Part shown: positions 9,951-18,799 of the stretch, in pieces
Layout: every line of letters begins with the position of its first letter
Position numbering within the stretch: position 1 is the stretch's first letter
NCBI GenBank assembly: GCA_034530615.2
Contig: JAVRCV020000073.1
Span: forward strand, 128,001 to 192,000
Length of the DNA stretch: 64,000 bases
Reading direction: 5' to 3'
Origin: Aulosira sp. ZfuVER01
GTDB lineage: Bacteria > Cyanobacteriota > Cyanobacteriia > Cyanobacteriales > Nostocaceae
Notes under the pieces: model-generated
Databases searched by the model: none
Told to the model about the DNA's origin: nothing
Seen by the model: the letters and a program-made list of their open reading frames with translations, nothing else
Translations under genes and position numbers: made by a program

Positions 9951-10553
9951 ATGGCATTTCAACAGCCCCCCCTACCCTACGACTTTAATGCTTTAGAGCC
10001 GTATGGCATGAAAGGTGAGACTTTCGAGTATCACTATGGCAAGCATCACAAAGCTTATGTAGACAACCTTAACAAGCTCACCGACGGTACAGAACTTGCT
10101 GATAAGTCACTGGAAGAAGTGATTAAAGCTTCTTTTAAAGATGCCTCTAAAGTTGGAATCTTTAACAATGCTGCTCAAGTCTGGAACCACACCTTTTTCT
10201 GGAACTCGCTGAAGCCAGCAGGTGGTGGTCAACCTTCAGGCGCACTCGCCGATAAAATCGATAAAGATTTTGGTAGCTTCGATAAATTTAAAGAAGAGTT
10301 CTCTAACGCCGCCGCAACTCAGTTTGGCAGTGGATGGGCTTGGCTGATTGATGATGGTGGTACTTTGAAAGTAATCAAGACACCGAATGCAGAGAACCCT
10401 CTAGCTCATGGACAAAAGGCACTGTTAACCCTAGATGTTTGGGAACACGCCTACTACATCGATTACAGAAATGCCCGTCCTGCATTTATCAAGAACTTCC
10501 TCGATCAGTTAGTTAACTGGGACTTTGCTGCTGAAAATTTAGCCAAAGCCTAA
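9951..10553 (+). CDS. sodB: Fe superoxide dismutase
   Basis: HYGKHHKAYV, FNNAAQVWNHTFFW (Fe-type), DVWEHAYY; GAGAGG RBS. Confidence 0.95.
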   Translation: MAFQQPPLPYDFNALEPYGMKGETFEYHYGKHHKAYVDNLNKLTDGTELADKSLEEVIKASFKDASKVGIFNNAAQVWNHTFFWNSLKPAGGGQPSGALADKIDKDFGSFDKFKEEFSNAAATQFGSGWAWLIDDGGTLKVIKTPNAENPLAHGQKALLTLDVWEHAYYIDYRNARPAFIKNFLDQLVNWDFAAENLAKA

Positions 10554-10612
10554 CTGGCTGAAAAAGTAGCTAGTAAAGCCGGAAAAAATTAGTTGGGTTT
10601 ATTAATCTCGCC

Positions 10613-10645
10613 AGCAGTCACGCATCTCGCATCGTGGCTGCTTTT
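10613..10645 (+). terminator. intrinsic terminator after sodB
   Basis: AGCAGTCACG...CGTGGCTGCT followed by a T run. Confidence 0.65.
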
Positions 10646-10751
10646 GATTTGTTGGATAGATTAACAACACAGTAGTTTCATTGAGGAAAAGTGGCCACTT
10701 ATGGCTGTCTCATGTATCTTAAAAAGTAATGGCATTGAAAATATAAATCTT

Positions 10752-10958
10752 ATGAATAGCAAACAACTAGCTCAATACATGGAAGCAACCGATAGCATCT
10801 CGAAACCTTGGCTATTAGTACAACTGCGCCTTAAGAAACTCCAAGAACGTCAAGCCACGCTTACAGAAAATGAATATGACACCGAATTACAAGATATTCA
10901 CCAAGATTTGATGAATTTGGGAGAATGGTGGCGCGGCATTGAAGATGAGGTGTTTTGA
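10752..10958 (+). CDS. small hypothetical protein
   Basis: MNSKQLAQY...LGEWWRGIEDEVF helical ORF; start could alternatively be 10701. Confidence 0.7.
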   Translation: MNSKQLAQYMEATDSISKPWLLVQLRLKKLQERQATLTENEYDTELQDIHQDLMNLGEWWRGIEDEVF

Positions 10959-11154
10959 TTGCTGAATAGTGCGTACTCTTGAGGGATGAGGGTGCACTCT
11001 GTTTTAGCGACTTGCTTTGGCGATCGCATTTAGTTGTTTCATCTCGGCAGATCCTCCCTAGCTTACCTTTTTTAGGCTGGCCAGGGAGGATCGATTGTAA
11101 TTAGGCAAAGATGTAGAGGAGACGCGGTGAATTAGGGACGCTGGGACGCGGTGA

Positions 11155-11253
11155 ACCACTTGCGGTGGTGAGGCAGTGCGGTCTTGGGGGTCTCTCCCAT
11201 GAGCAACTGCCGAAAGGGTTTCCCAGCATAAGCAAAGTGGTGAACCCGAAGGG
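11155..11253 (+). repeat. nested structured small dispersed repeat
   Basis: outer ACCACT...AGTGGT-GAACCCGAAGGG encloses inner GGCAGT...ACTGCC (11172-11211); related to the insert at 16881-16937. Confidence 0.7.
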
Positions 11254-11339
11254 ATAATCACAAATGACCAATGACATTGGTTTACGCCGATTTGATATTT
11301 TAATAAAATAATCTCATCAAAAGACTCGCAGAAATATAA

Positions 11340-12971
11340 ATGGACTGGATTACCTTACTGCGATCGCTACAGTCTGATTTTATTAAGAGGTTAACAAGTG
11401 GTTGTCTGCTTCATTGTGAAACAGAAGGTCAATATAGTGAACTAACTATAATCTCTGGAGAAAGATTAAAAGCACTACGAGACTTTTGCTGGCAGATGGC
11501 TGAAAAATATAAACGTACTTCGACAGTCCGTGACGTTTTTATTAGTAACTTAAAAGGCAAACTCGGTGAAGAAGTTGTTAAAGAACGTCTAGCTAATTTT
11601 ATTACAGAAGTAGATTATGAAAAACGCTTTGGTGGTGACGGTAAAATTGATTTTACTCTGACTTCTGACCCATCAATTGGCGTTGAGGTAAAATCCCGTC
11701 ACGGCACTTTTGATAAAGTTAGATGGTCTGTGAGTTCAGCAGAAGTTGAGAAAAATGCAGTCGTAATATGTGTTCTCATCCAAGAAGAGGTGCATGAAGC
11801 TCAAAGCGAATATCACCTGTTATTGGCTGGTTTTTTGCCAACACAAATGATTAAGCTCAAAACAGGGAGAATTTCATTTGGTATCAATCAATTGCTGTAT
11901 GGTGGTGGTTTGTGGTGTTATTTAGAACAGTTACAAGCTGCTAAACCTAGTCAAAAAGAATCGGCAATTTATAATTATAATTATCAGCAAGTTATACCAA
12001 CCAATCAAAATAACGATCGCCTAACTAAGCTATTAGCATATCCAGAAAAAGAAGATGTTTTCTTGGAATATGAGCCGGATTTAAATCAGTTTTATGTAAA
12101 TCTGGGCGATAAATCTTTCGAGCAAGGCGAGTCTGATACAGCAATTATCAACTATAACCAAGCCTTGCAACTTAATCCGCAGAATGCCGAAGTTTATTAC
12201 AAACGCGGTATGGTGCGCTATCACCTAGGAGATTACGAAGGTGCGATCGCAGATTATACTCAGGTTATCCAGGTTAATCTGAATCACACAAAAGCTTATA
12301 ACCAGCGTGGTTTAGCTCGTTATCAGCTAGGAGATTATCAAGCAGCGATTGACGATTATACTCAAGCCCTCAGAATCAATCCCCATGTTGCTGTTACTTA
12401 TAGAAACCGTGCTGATGCTCGTTCGCATCTAGGAGATCATCAAGGAGCAATTGAAGACTACACTCAGGCAATCAAAATTAATCCTCATTATGCCATTACT
12501 TACAAAAACAGTAGTATTTCTCGTTATCTTCTATTAGAACAGCAAAAATTTACTCAAGCAATTAAGATCGATCCTCATGATGCCGTCGCTTACTATAACC
12601 GTGGTAAAGCGCGTGCTGACTTAGGCGATTATGAAGGTACAATTGCCGATTATACTCAAGCCATTAAAATTAATCCTAATTATGTCGATGCTTATTATAG
12701 CCGTGGTAACGCTAATTTTGATTTAGGAAATTATCAAGGTGCAATTATAGATTACAGTCAGGCAATTAAGATTAACACTAATTATGTAGATGCTTATTAT
12801 AACCGTGGTCATGCTCGTTTTGGATTAGGCGATAAGCAAGGCGCACTTGAGGATTTTCAGAAAGCAGCAGATCTTTATTGGAAAGAAGGCAAAATAGCAG
12901 AACACAACGATGCACGAGAAAGAATCTTAGATTTAGAAATTGAAGAATCTTTAGATATTTTAAATTTCTAA
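11340..12971 (+). CDS. TPR-repeat protein with N-terminal PD-(D/E)XK-like domain
   Basis: multiple AYYNRG...AIADYTQAIKINP TPRs; N-terminal GKLGE...IDF...VEVKS. Confidence 0.88.
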   Translation: MDWITLLRSLQSDFIKRLTSGCLLHCETEGQYSELTIISGERLKALRDFCWQMAEKYKRTSTVRDVFISNLKGKLGEEVVKERLANFITEVDYEKRFGGDGKIDFTLTSDPSIGVEVKSRHGTFDKVRWSVSSAEVEKNAVVICVLIQEEVHEAQSEYHLLLAGFLPTQMIKLKTGRISFGINQLLYGGGLWCYLEQLQAAKPSQKESAIYNYNYQQVIPTNQNNDRLTKLLAYPEKEDVFLEYEPDLNQFYVNLGDKSFEQGESDTAIINYNQALQLNPQNAEVYYKRGMVRYHLGDYEGAIADYTQVIQVNLNHTKAYNQRGLARYQLGDYQAAIDDYTQALRINPHVAVTYRNRADARSHLGDHQGAIEDYTQAIKINPHYAITYKNSSISRYLLLEQQKFTQAIKIDPHDAVAYYNRGKARADLGDYEGTIADYTQAIKINPNYVDAYYSRGNANFDLGNYQGAIIDYSQAIKINTNYVDAYYNRGHARFGLGDKQGALEDFQKAADLYWKEGKIAEHNDARERILDLEIEESLDILNF

Positions 12972-13112
12972 CTTGAAAATGGGCGATTTGGCATTGATTG
13001 TCATGTCTTGGACGAGGGATTGCCCTTTAAGGAACTGTCTTGAAAAGACTTGATATCTTACTGTCTTAGTTGTAAAAATCTGAAACTACAGAGACACTAA
13101 GACAAAAAGAGG

Positions 13113-13206
13113 CTAGTAACATCATGAATACAAAATTCAAAATCAATACAGCGTAAACCTTTCCTTGATTTGGGATGCATGGTTTATTTACGCCGACTTG
13201 TACTAG
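13113..13206 (-). mobile_element. CTAG-ended MITE-like element, copy 1
   Basis: reverse complement aligns along most of its length with 60926-61020. Confidence 0.65.
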
Positions 13207-13347
13207 AAATTTGGAAATTTAACTAGACGCTTAATAACAACACACAATCAAAAAATGTAACCAAAATTTAGCTTATTGAAATTTTCTTTTAAACTTTATG
13301 ATATTTTAATTTTTTAAACGTCTAAGTAATCTAATCAGCTCAATTTA

Positions 13348-14106
13348 ATGATTTATAACCACCAATTGCCAAAAAAATTGGCATTTTTGTCTCTATCAGT
13401 GATACTGGGGGCTGATTTAGCGATCGCAGAAATAGCTCCTTCAGCGGTTGCCCAAACTACTGCTATACAGTCATCTGTTGGTAATACTGTGACATTTACT
13501 TGTAATGACAGTGAGGCAACAATCAAAGCGAAAAATGGCCCCAAAGTTACTATTGGGTCAACAACAATCTACATAGGTTATCAGCAGGTATCATCTAATA
13601 ACAAAGATCCTCGCATCGTCCGTTTTGATAATGGTGTCAAGAGATGGTGTCGTACTGATTATGAAACGACTGGCGATGATGGTTCAGGCTATGGCTTGCT
13701 TTGGGATGGAAGAAGTGTTTTATATGGTGTTTTCTCCTCCACCGGAACCCAACCAGGAAATAATTTTGGGCGCTTTGCTATTGGTCGTTGGCTAACTAGT
13801 TATGGCAGTGGTGGCGGCCCCAAAGTAGCCATTATCGCTCGGATTGATCCAAATAATGGTAGCGTTAACTATGCCACATTTCTGACTGCCAAAAGACCAA
13901 GTGATGGGAAAACTAATTCTTTAGTAGTCAACAAACTATTATGGAATGGCTTGAATTTAACTGTACAGGCTAAATCTTGGTGGACTCCCCGTCGCACTAA
14001 TACAAGTGCAATGAATTGTTCTGGTTCATCACCTTATCAATACACAGCTGTATTCACTGGCGATTTAACAAAGATGAACTCGGCTTCAGCAGCTACTTGT
14101 AGTTAA
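13348..14106 (+). CDS. secreted hypothetical protein
   Basis: signal peptide ending AVA-Q; Gly/Thr-rich beta-type sequence with 4 Cys. Confidence 0.8.
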   Translation: MIYNHQLPKKLAFLSLSVILGADLAIAEIAPSAVAQTTAIQSSVGNTVTFTCNDSEATIKAKNGPKVTIGSTTIYIGYQQVSSNNKDPRIVRFDNGVKRWCRTDYETTGDDGSGYGLLWDGRSVLYGVFSSTGTQPGNNFGRFAIGRWLTSYGSGGGPKVAIIARIDPNNGSVNYATFLTAKRPSDGKTNSLVVNKLLWNGLNLTVQAKSWWTPRRTNTSAMNCSGSSPYQYTAVFTGDLTKMNSASAATCS

Positions 14107-14270
14107 TTAGGATTAGGGACTGTTATAGCCTGCGATCGCTTTTTGCTTTTCCGCAGGTTAGGCAATCCATCGTTATTTGGCTGGTAATCCTGGTACTCTA
14201 GACAAGCACTGAAGATAAAGTCAGAAAAAATCGCGACACAAGCAACTACACTCTGTTAGAATGCAGAATT

Positions 14271-14348
14271 GCGGCATTCGCTTTCAGTCTTAGCGCTTAC
14301 TGCGCATATAGCCCTTCAAACCATCCGTCCGCCTAAGACTGATGCCGC
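14271..14348 (+). promoter_or_regulatory. structured 5' UTR of the RNA helicase gene
   Basis: GCGGCA/TGCCGC and TCAGTCTTAG/CTAAGACTGA stems; TAGAAT -10-like box at 14257-14262. Confidence 0.6.
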
Positions 14349-14383
14349 CACTGGCGACAGGCCGATGTTATCTCTGGAGTTTT

Positions 14384-15733
14384 ATGTCTTTTTCTACTCT
14401 CGGCTTGTCCAATGAAATTGTCCGTGCTGTTACCGAGCGAGGATACACTAAACCTACGCAAATCCAGATGCAGGCGATTCCTGCGGTATTGTCAGGTGGG
14501 GATTTGCTAGCTGGTGCCCAAACTGGTACTGGAAAGACTGCTAGCTTCACCCTGCCACTTCTGTATAAGTTGTCCTCCGAAAAGAGCATTAAAGGCACAT
14601 CTGATAATGGATGTCCACCGATCCGGGCGCTGATTCTCACCCCGACACGTGAACTCGCCGCACAAGTGGAGGAAAGCGTGGTTTCCTATGGCAAATACCT
14701 AAAACTGAACTCAATGGTAATATACGGTGGGGTCAGCTTTAGTCAGCAAAAACGGCGTTTGCACAGTCGTGTGGATATTTTAGTTGCTACCCCAGGACGG
14801 CTGCTAGACCACGTGCAGCAGGGCACTGTCAACCTGTCACAGATTGAGGTGTTAGTACTGGATGAAGCAGATCGGATGTTAGACATGGGCTTTATCCGTG
14901 ATATCCGCCGCATTCTGTCGTTGCTGCCCAAACAGAGACAGAATTTGCTCTTCTTCGCCACTTTCTCTGACAAAATCAAGGAACTTGCCACCGGGCTGCT
15001 GAATCGCCCGACGACAATTGAGGTAGCACGCCGCAACGTTACCGCTGATAAAGTAACTCAGAAAGTCTACAAAGTAGACCGCGATCGGAAGCGCCAATTA
15101 CTTGCTCACCTGATACGGCAAAACAATTGGGAACAAGTTCTGGTGTTTACCCGCACCAAGTATGGTGCAGACCGTCTAGTTAAGCAGTTAGGCGAGGAGC
15201 GTATTCAAGCACTGGCCATCCACGGTAACAAGAGCCAATCGGCGCGTACCGACGCTCTGGCAAAGTTCAAGAATGGTAGCTTAAGGGTACTGGTAGCAAC
15301 CGACATTGCCGCTCGCGGTCTCGACATCAGCGAACTGCCCCATGTGGTCAACTTCGATCTGCCCTTTGTACCAGAGGATTATGTTCATCGTATTGGTCGC
15401 ACTGGCCGCGCTGGTGCCTCAGGGGAAGCAGTATCACTGGTTTGTGTCGATGATTATCCGTTGTTGGCAGCTATCGAAAGACTGATTGAACAACGCTTGC
15501 CTTTTGAAGTAGTTACTAGTTTGGGAGCTAATCGCCACATCAAGCTGGAAACAATCCCCAATGGACGCAAACATAAACCCAGAAATGAAAGCGATCGGCA
15601 GACATCTCGCTCTACTGCTAAACCGTTACCAGAAACAAAGGCAAAAAAATCGGCAACGCCAACCGTAACTGGTGGCAAAAAGTCTGGTAGTCGTACCTCC
15701 GCATCACGCCGTTGGGCTAAACGCGATCGCTAA
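14384..15733 (+). CDS. crhC: DEAD-box RNA helicase (CrhC-like, cold-inducible)
   Basis: [21 protein letters not shown] in place of SAT (CrhC hallmark), [15 protein letters not shown] before ATG 14384. Confidence 0.88.
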   Translation: MSFSTLGLSNEIVRAVTERGYTKPTQIQMQAIPAVLSGGDLLAGAQTGTGKTASFTLPLLYKLSSEKSIKGTSDNGCPPIRALILTPTRELAAQVEESVVSYGKYLKLNSMVIYGGVSFSQQKRRLHSRVDILVATPGRLLDHVQQGTVNLSQIEVLVLDEADRMLDMGFIRDIRRILSLLPKQRQNLLFFATFSDKIKELATGLLNRPTTIEVARRNVTADKVTQKVYKVDRDRKRQLLAHLIRQNNWEQVLVFTRTKYGADRLVKQLGEERIQALAIHGNKSQSARTDALAKFKNGSLRVLVATDIAARGLDISELPHVVNFDLPFVPEDYVHRIGRTGRAGASGEAVSLVCVDDYPLLAAIERLIEQRLPFEVVTSLGANRHIKLETIPNGRKHKPRNESDRQTSRSTAKPLPETKAKKSATPTVTGGKKSGSRTSASRRWAKRDR

Positions 15734-15830
15734 TCTATCAGGGTTAGCAATACTAAACGCCAAATGACAAACAGCATAATTTGATACTAAAATTTTAGTA
15801 TCAATTAAGTATTTACCTGTAAATAGGTTT

Positions 15831-16406
15831 TTGAAGATGATTTTAAATTTAAAACATCTCAGTGCTGTGTGTGTCGCACTTTTGCTAGCTAGCGCTAGCA
15901 GCTTCCCTAATTCAGCTATAGCATCTGCAAACAATCAATCTCAGAAGATTGCACAAAGCCAAGCTCAAACAAGTAAGTCTCAAGTAAATCCGGTTTTTAA
16001 GGCGATTCTACCCAAATTAAAGCAAAAAACTCAAATCAGGATTTTATTACCTAAGTTTATTCCTGAGTCGGATGGAGAAAACCCAATTTATGCAATTGTA
16101 GAAAACGCTACGCTGAAAAAATACGAAATCTTACTGGGTTTTAGTCCCGATTGTACTGGTGGAACTGCTTGCCGTTTAGGTATTGTGACTGCTGAAGCTG
16201 TAACACGTAAAACACCTCGTTTGACTGGGAAAGCTATCTCGTTAGCCAAGGGTATGACTGGCTATTTTGTGGATTTTAGTTGTGGTGCTAATTGCTCAGA
16301 TGCTACCTTGACTTGGCGGCAACAGGGTGTGCAATATACTGTTGGGTTGAAAGCAGGCGATCGCTCTTCGTTGGTAAAAATGGCTAATTCTGCGATCAAT
16401 CCCTAG
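15831..16406 (+). CDS. secreted hypothetical protein
   Basis: signal peptide; CTGGTAC and CGANC cysteine pairs. Confidence 0.8.
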   Translation: MKMILNLKHLSAVCVALLLASASSFPNSAIASANNQSQKIAQSQAQTSKSQVNPVFKAILPKLKQKTQIRILLPKFIPESDGENPIYAIVENATLKKYEILLGFSPDCTGGTACRLGIVTAEAVTRKTPRLTGKAISLAKGMTGYFVDFSCGANCSDATLTWRQQGVQYTVGLKAGDRSSLVKMANSAINP

Positions 16407-16420
16407 AACGTCGATTCAGT
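16404..16420 (+). repeat. direct repeat, copy 1
   Basis: TAGAACGTCGATTCAGT; 16/17 identical to 17205-17221; begins at a TAG stop codon. Confidence 0.75.
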
Positions 16421-16523
16421 TGTGCAGTTGGTTGTTGGTGTAGGTTTTAATGTAGGAGATAGGTTTGATTATCCTCTCTGTACCTAGCAATGAATATTAA
16501 AGCGATGTAGAAGGCAAAAAATT

Positions 16524-17207
16524 ATGATTCAAGCCTTACGTAAGCTAGTAACATTTGATGATTTTATCGCTTGGTATCCAGAAAACTCCCTACAACGCTA
16601 TGAACTGCATGACGGAGTAATTGTTGAGATGTCCCCACCTACTGGCGATCATGAAGAAATTATCGGTTTTTTAGCGCTAGAAATATCTGTTGAAATCAGG
16701 CGACTAAAACTGCCTTATTTTATTCCCAAAACAGCATTCATCAAACCATTGGAAGGTGACTCAGCTTACTCACCAGATGTGTTGATATTAAATCAGCCTA
16801 ATTTAGTGAATGAGCCTCGATGGAAAAAAGAATCGACTGTCAGCCAAGCTGAATCAATTCCTTTAGCAATTGAAGTGGTGAGTCAGTGCGTTGCGCGGGT
16901 TCCCCGCGTTAAAGCAACTGACGAACCCGTAAGGGTTAGTACCAACTGGAGAGATGATTATTTAAAAAAAGCGGCTGACTATGAAGCAGTAGGTATTCCC
17001 GAATACTGGATTGTCGATTATGCAGCTTTAGGTGGTAGGCGGTTTATTGGCAATCCCAAACAACCCACTATCTCGATTTACTCGTTAGTTGAGGGGGAAT
17101 ACCAAGTTCGGCAGTTCCTTCAAGGAGAACGCCTCATCTCACAAGTTTTCCCGGAATTAAATTTGGCTGCTGAACAAATTTTTCAAGTTGGAAGTGTGCC
17201 AAGTTAG
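16524..17207 (+). CDS. Uma2 family endonuclease with a 19-aa in-frame insertion
   Basis: RYELHDG, SPDV, IEVVS...STNWRDDY, GIPEYWIVD. Confidence 0.9.
   Translation: MIQALRKLVTFDDFIAWYPENSLQRYELHDGVIVEMSPPTGDHEEIIGFLALEISVEIRRLKLPYFIPKTAFIKPLEGDSAYSPDVLILNQPNLVNEPRWKKESTVSQAESIPLAIEVVSQCVARVPRVKATDEPVRVSTNWRDDYLKKAADYEAVGIPEYWIVDYAALGGRRFIGNPKQPTISIYSLVEGEYQVRQFLQGERLISQVFPELNLAAEQIFQVGSVPS
16881..16937 (+). repeat. 57-nt structured element inserted in frame in Uma2
   Basis: splits IEVV|STNWRDDY; stems GTCAGT/ACTGAC, CGCGGG/CCCGCG and AACCC-GTAA-GGGTT. Confidence 0.8.
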
Positions 17208-17221
17208 AACATCGATTCAGT
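17205..17221 (+). repeat. direct repeat, copy 2
   Basis: TAGAACATCGATTCAGT beginning at the Uma2 stop codon. Confidence 0.75.
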
Positions 17222-17241
17222 AATCATGATTGTTACGGTAA

Positions 17242-17276
17242 GGACAAGGGGACAAGGGGACAAGGGGACAAGGAGA
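17242..17276 (+). repeat. (GGACAAGG)4 tandem array; left arm of a 35-bp inverted repeat
   Basis: GGACAAGGGGACAAGGGGACAAGGGGACAAGGAGA ending on the A of the ATG. Confidence 0.9.
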
Positions 17277-17662
17277 TGAAAAAAGAATCCATCAAGACTC
17301 ATGAAGATTTAGAGGTTTATCAACAGGCGTTCTCCGCAGCGATGGAAATCTTTGAAATCTCGAAGACATTTCCAGTAGAGGAACGATATTCCTTAACTGA
17401 CCAAATTCGTCGATCATCTCGCTCAGTATGCGCTAATTTAGCGGAAGCTTGGCGCAAACGAAGATATAAAGCAGCCTTTGTTGCTAAACTTAATGATTGT
17501 GAAGCAGAAGCCGCAGAAACTCAAGTCTGGCTGAAGTTTGCTGTGAAATGCAACTACTTAGATATAGAACAAGGGCGAGAATTGTATGGACTTTATAATC
17601 GAGTTCTCGGACAATTGGTGAGCATGATTAACAACCCTTCTGTTTGGATCATTCGGCAATAA
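17276..17662 (+). CDS. four helix bundle protein (23S rRNA IVP-like family)
   Basis: HEDLEVYQ, FPVEERYSLTDQIRRSSRSVCANLAEAW, AETQVWL. Confidence 0.92.
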   Translation: MKKESIKTHEDLEVYQQAFSAAMEIFEISKTFPVEERYSLTDQIRRSSRSVCANLAEAWRKRRYKAAFVAKLNDCEAEAAETQVWLKFAVKCNYLDIEQGRELYGLYNRVLGQLVSMINNPSVWIIRQ

Positions 17663-17669
17663 AGGATAC

Positions 17670-17704
17670 TCTCCTTGTCCCCTTGTCCCCTTTTCCCCTT
17701 GTCC
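17670..17704 (-). repeat. (CCTTGTCC)4 tandem array; right arm of the 35-bp inverted repeat
   Basis: TCTCCTTGTCCCCTTGTCCCCTTTTCCCCTTGTCC; 34/35 match to the reverse complement of 17242-17276. Confidence 0.9.
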
Positions 17705-17713
17705 CCCAATTGA

Positions 17714-17743
17714 AAACCCCTCTTCGCGTGCGAGGAGGGGTTT
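17714..17743. terminator. bidirectional terminator hairpin
   Basis: AAACCCCTCTTCGC-GT-GCGAGGAGGGGTTT between convergent genes. Confidence 0.75.
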
Positions 17744-17757
17744 AACTTTGAATATTC

Positions 17758-18741
17758 TTAATATCCTTCTTCTTCGTATTCTGGCTGTTTTTCTTTAACT
17801 TTCTTGGGAATATTCACGGGCTTTGGTGCATCGTCCCAAGCATCGCCATCTACATCGTCATAATTGTCGTACTCGTCAACGTATGGCTTTTTGTAGGGTT
17901 GGGCTTCATACTTTAGAGGCTGTTGATAACTGTCTTTATCTGTCGCCTCACTCCAGTTGTCTTCTTCGTCGTCTTCTTCGTATTGAATCGATTCGTACTG
18001 TCGCGCTTGCATTACCTGGCGCTGGGGTCTTTCTTCTTCCACATAGTCTTCATCCCATTCTTCCCGGGCTACGGGTTCGGGGGTGCGAACTTTTGGCTTG
18101 GGTGGTTGCAATGGTACACCGCTTGGTAGTTGGTTCGCAGGTGCTACAGTGCGAGGGGCACTATAGCCGTATTCTTCATCAGCATCGCGCTCCCACGGGG
18201 CTTTGCCAATACCTAAACGCTCTAGCAAGCCAACTGTCAATTGATTGGCGCGTTCTTCAGCTCCTTCAAATACAATCAATCTGCTGGGGCCTGTGCTGAC
18301 GATTTCTTCAATTGATAGTTCGTAAGTACTCAAGACTTGCTCAGGTATTTGTGGCAATCCCAAAGAAGCAATGACTATGGAATGAAGTTTGCCATTTTCA
18401 CCATTGAATTTGAAGCCCCGCACTCTACCTAGTACTTCGCCGGTTTCTGTAATTACTTCCCAGTTAATTAGGTTGCTTAATGCTTCTACTTCAATATCTT
18501 CAATTACGTCCTCGTTATCTACCAGGATGACATCACCAATCTGGCTGATACTGCTAAGGTACATATTGCGCGGTATACCAGAAATAGAGATCAGGCTGTC
18601 TCTCAAGCCAAGAGCCACAACCTCTCTTTGGTCAATATCCACCCAGACTTGACTGACGATGCCTACTCGCTTACCGTTATCGCGGGTAATCACCTGAGTA
18701 TTTAATATGTCGGAACGCCTAATTATCTGTTCAGAGGTCAT
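17758..18741 (-). CDS. PRC-barrel domain protein
   Basis: MTSEQIIRRSDILNTQVITRDNG; two PRC barrels and an acidic tail; directly downstream of smc. Confidence 0.88.
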   Translation of the reverse strand: MTSEQIIRRSDILNTQVITRDNGKRVGIVSQVWVDIDQREVVALGLRDSLISISGIPRNMYLSSISQIGDVILVDNEDVIEDIEVEALSNLINWEVITETGEVLGRVRGFKFNGENGKLHSIVIASLGLPQIPEQVLSTYELSIEEIVSTGPSRLIVFEGAEERANQLTVGLLERLGIGKAPWERDADEEYGYSAPRTVAPANQLPSGVPLQPPKPKVRTPEPVAREEWDEDYVEEERPQRQVMQARQYESIQYEEDDEEDNWSEATDKDSYQQPLKYEAQPYKKPYVDEYDNYDDVDGDAWDDAPKPVNIPKKVKEKQPEYEEEGY

Positions 18742-18799
18742 TCTATACCGAGTCCTGATCTCGAATCCGGTTAATCTATACACTATTATTAACAAAAAC

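Noticed and set aside
11058..11261. 67-aa minus-strand ORF
   Set aside because: Lies across the nested repeat element; likely spurious
16877..16940. Hammerhead ribozyme in the Uma2 insert
   Set aside because: GA-stem-GAA resembles part of the core, but CUGANGA and GAAA are incomplete
16404..17221. Integron cassette array
   Set aside because: The repeats are not palindromic attC sites and no integron integrase is present
17276..17662. Diversity-generating retroelement (Avd-like gene)
   Set aside because: No reverse transcriptase and no TR/VR pair seen in the window
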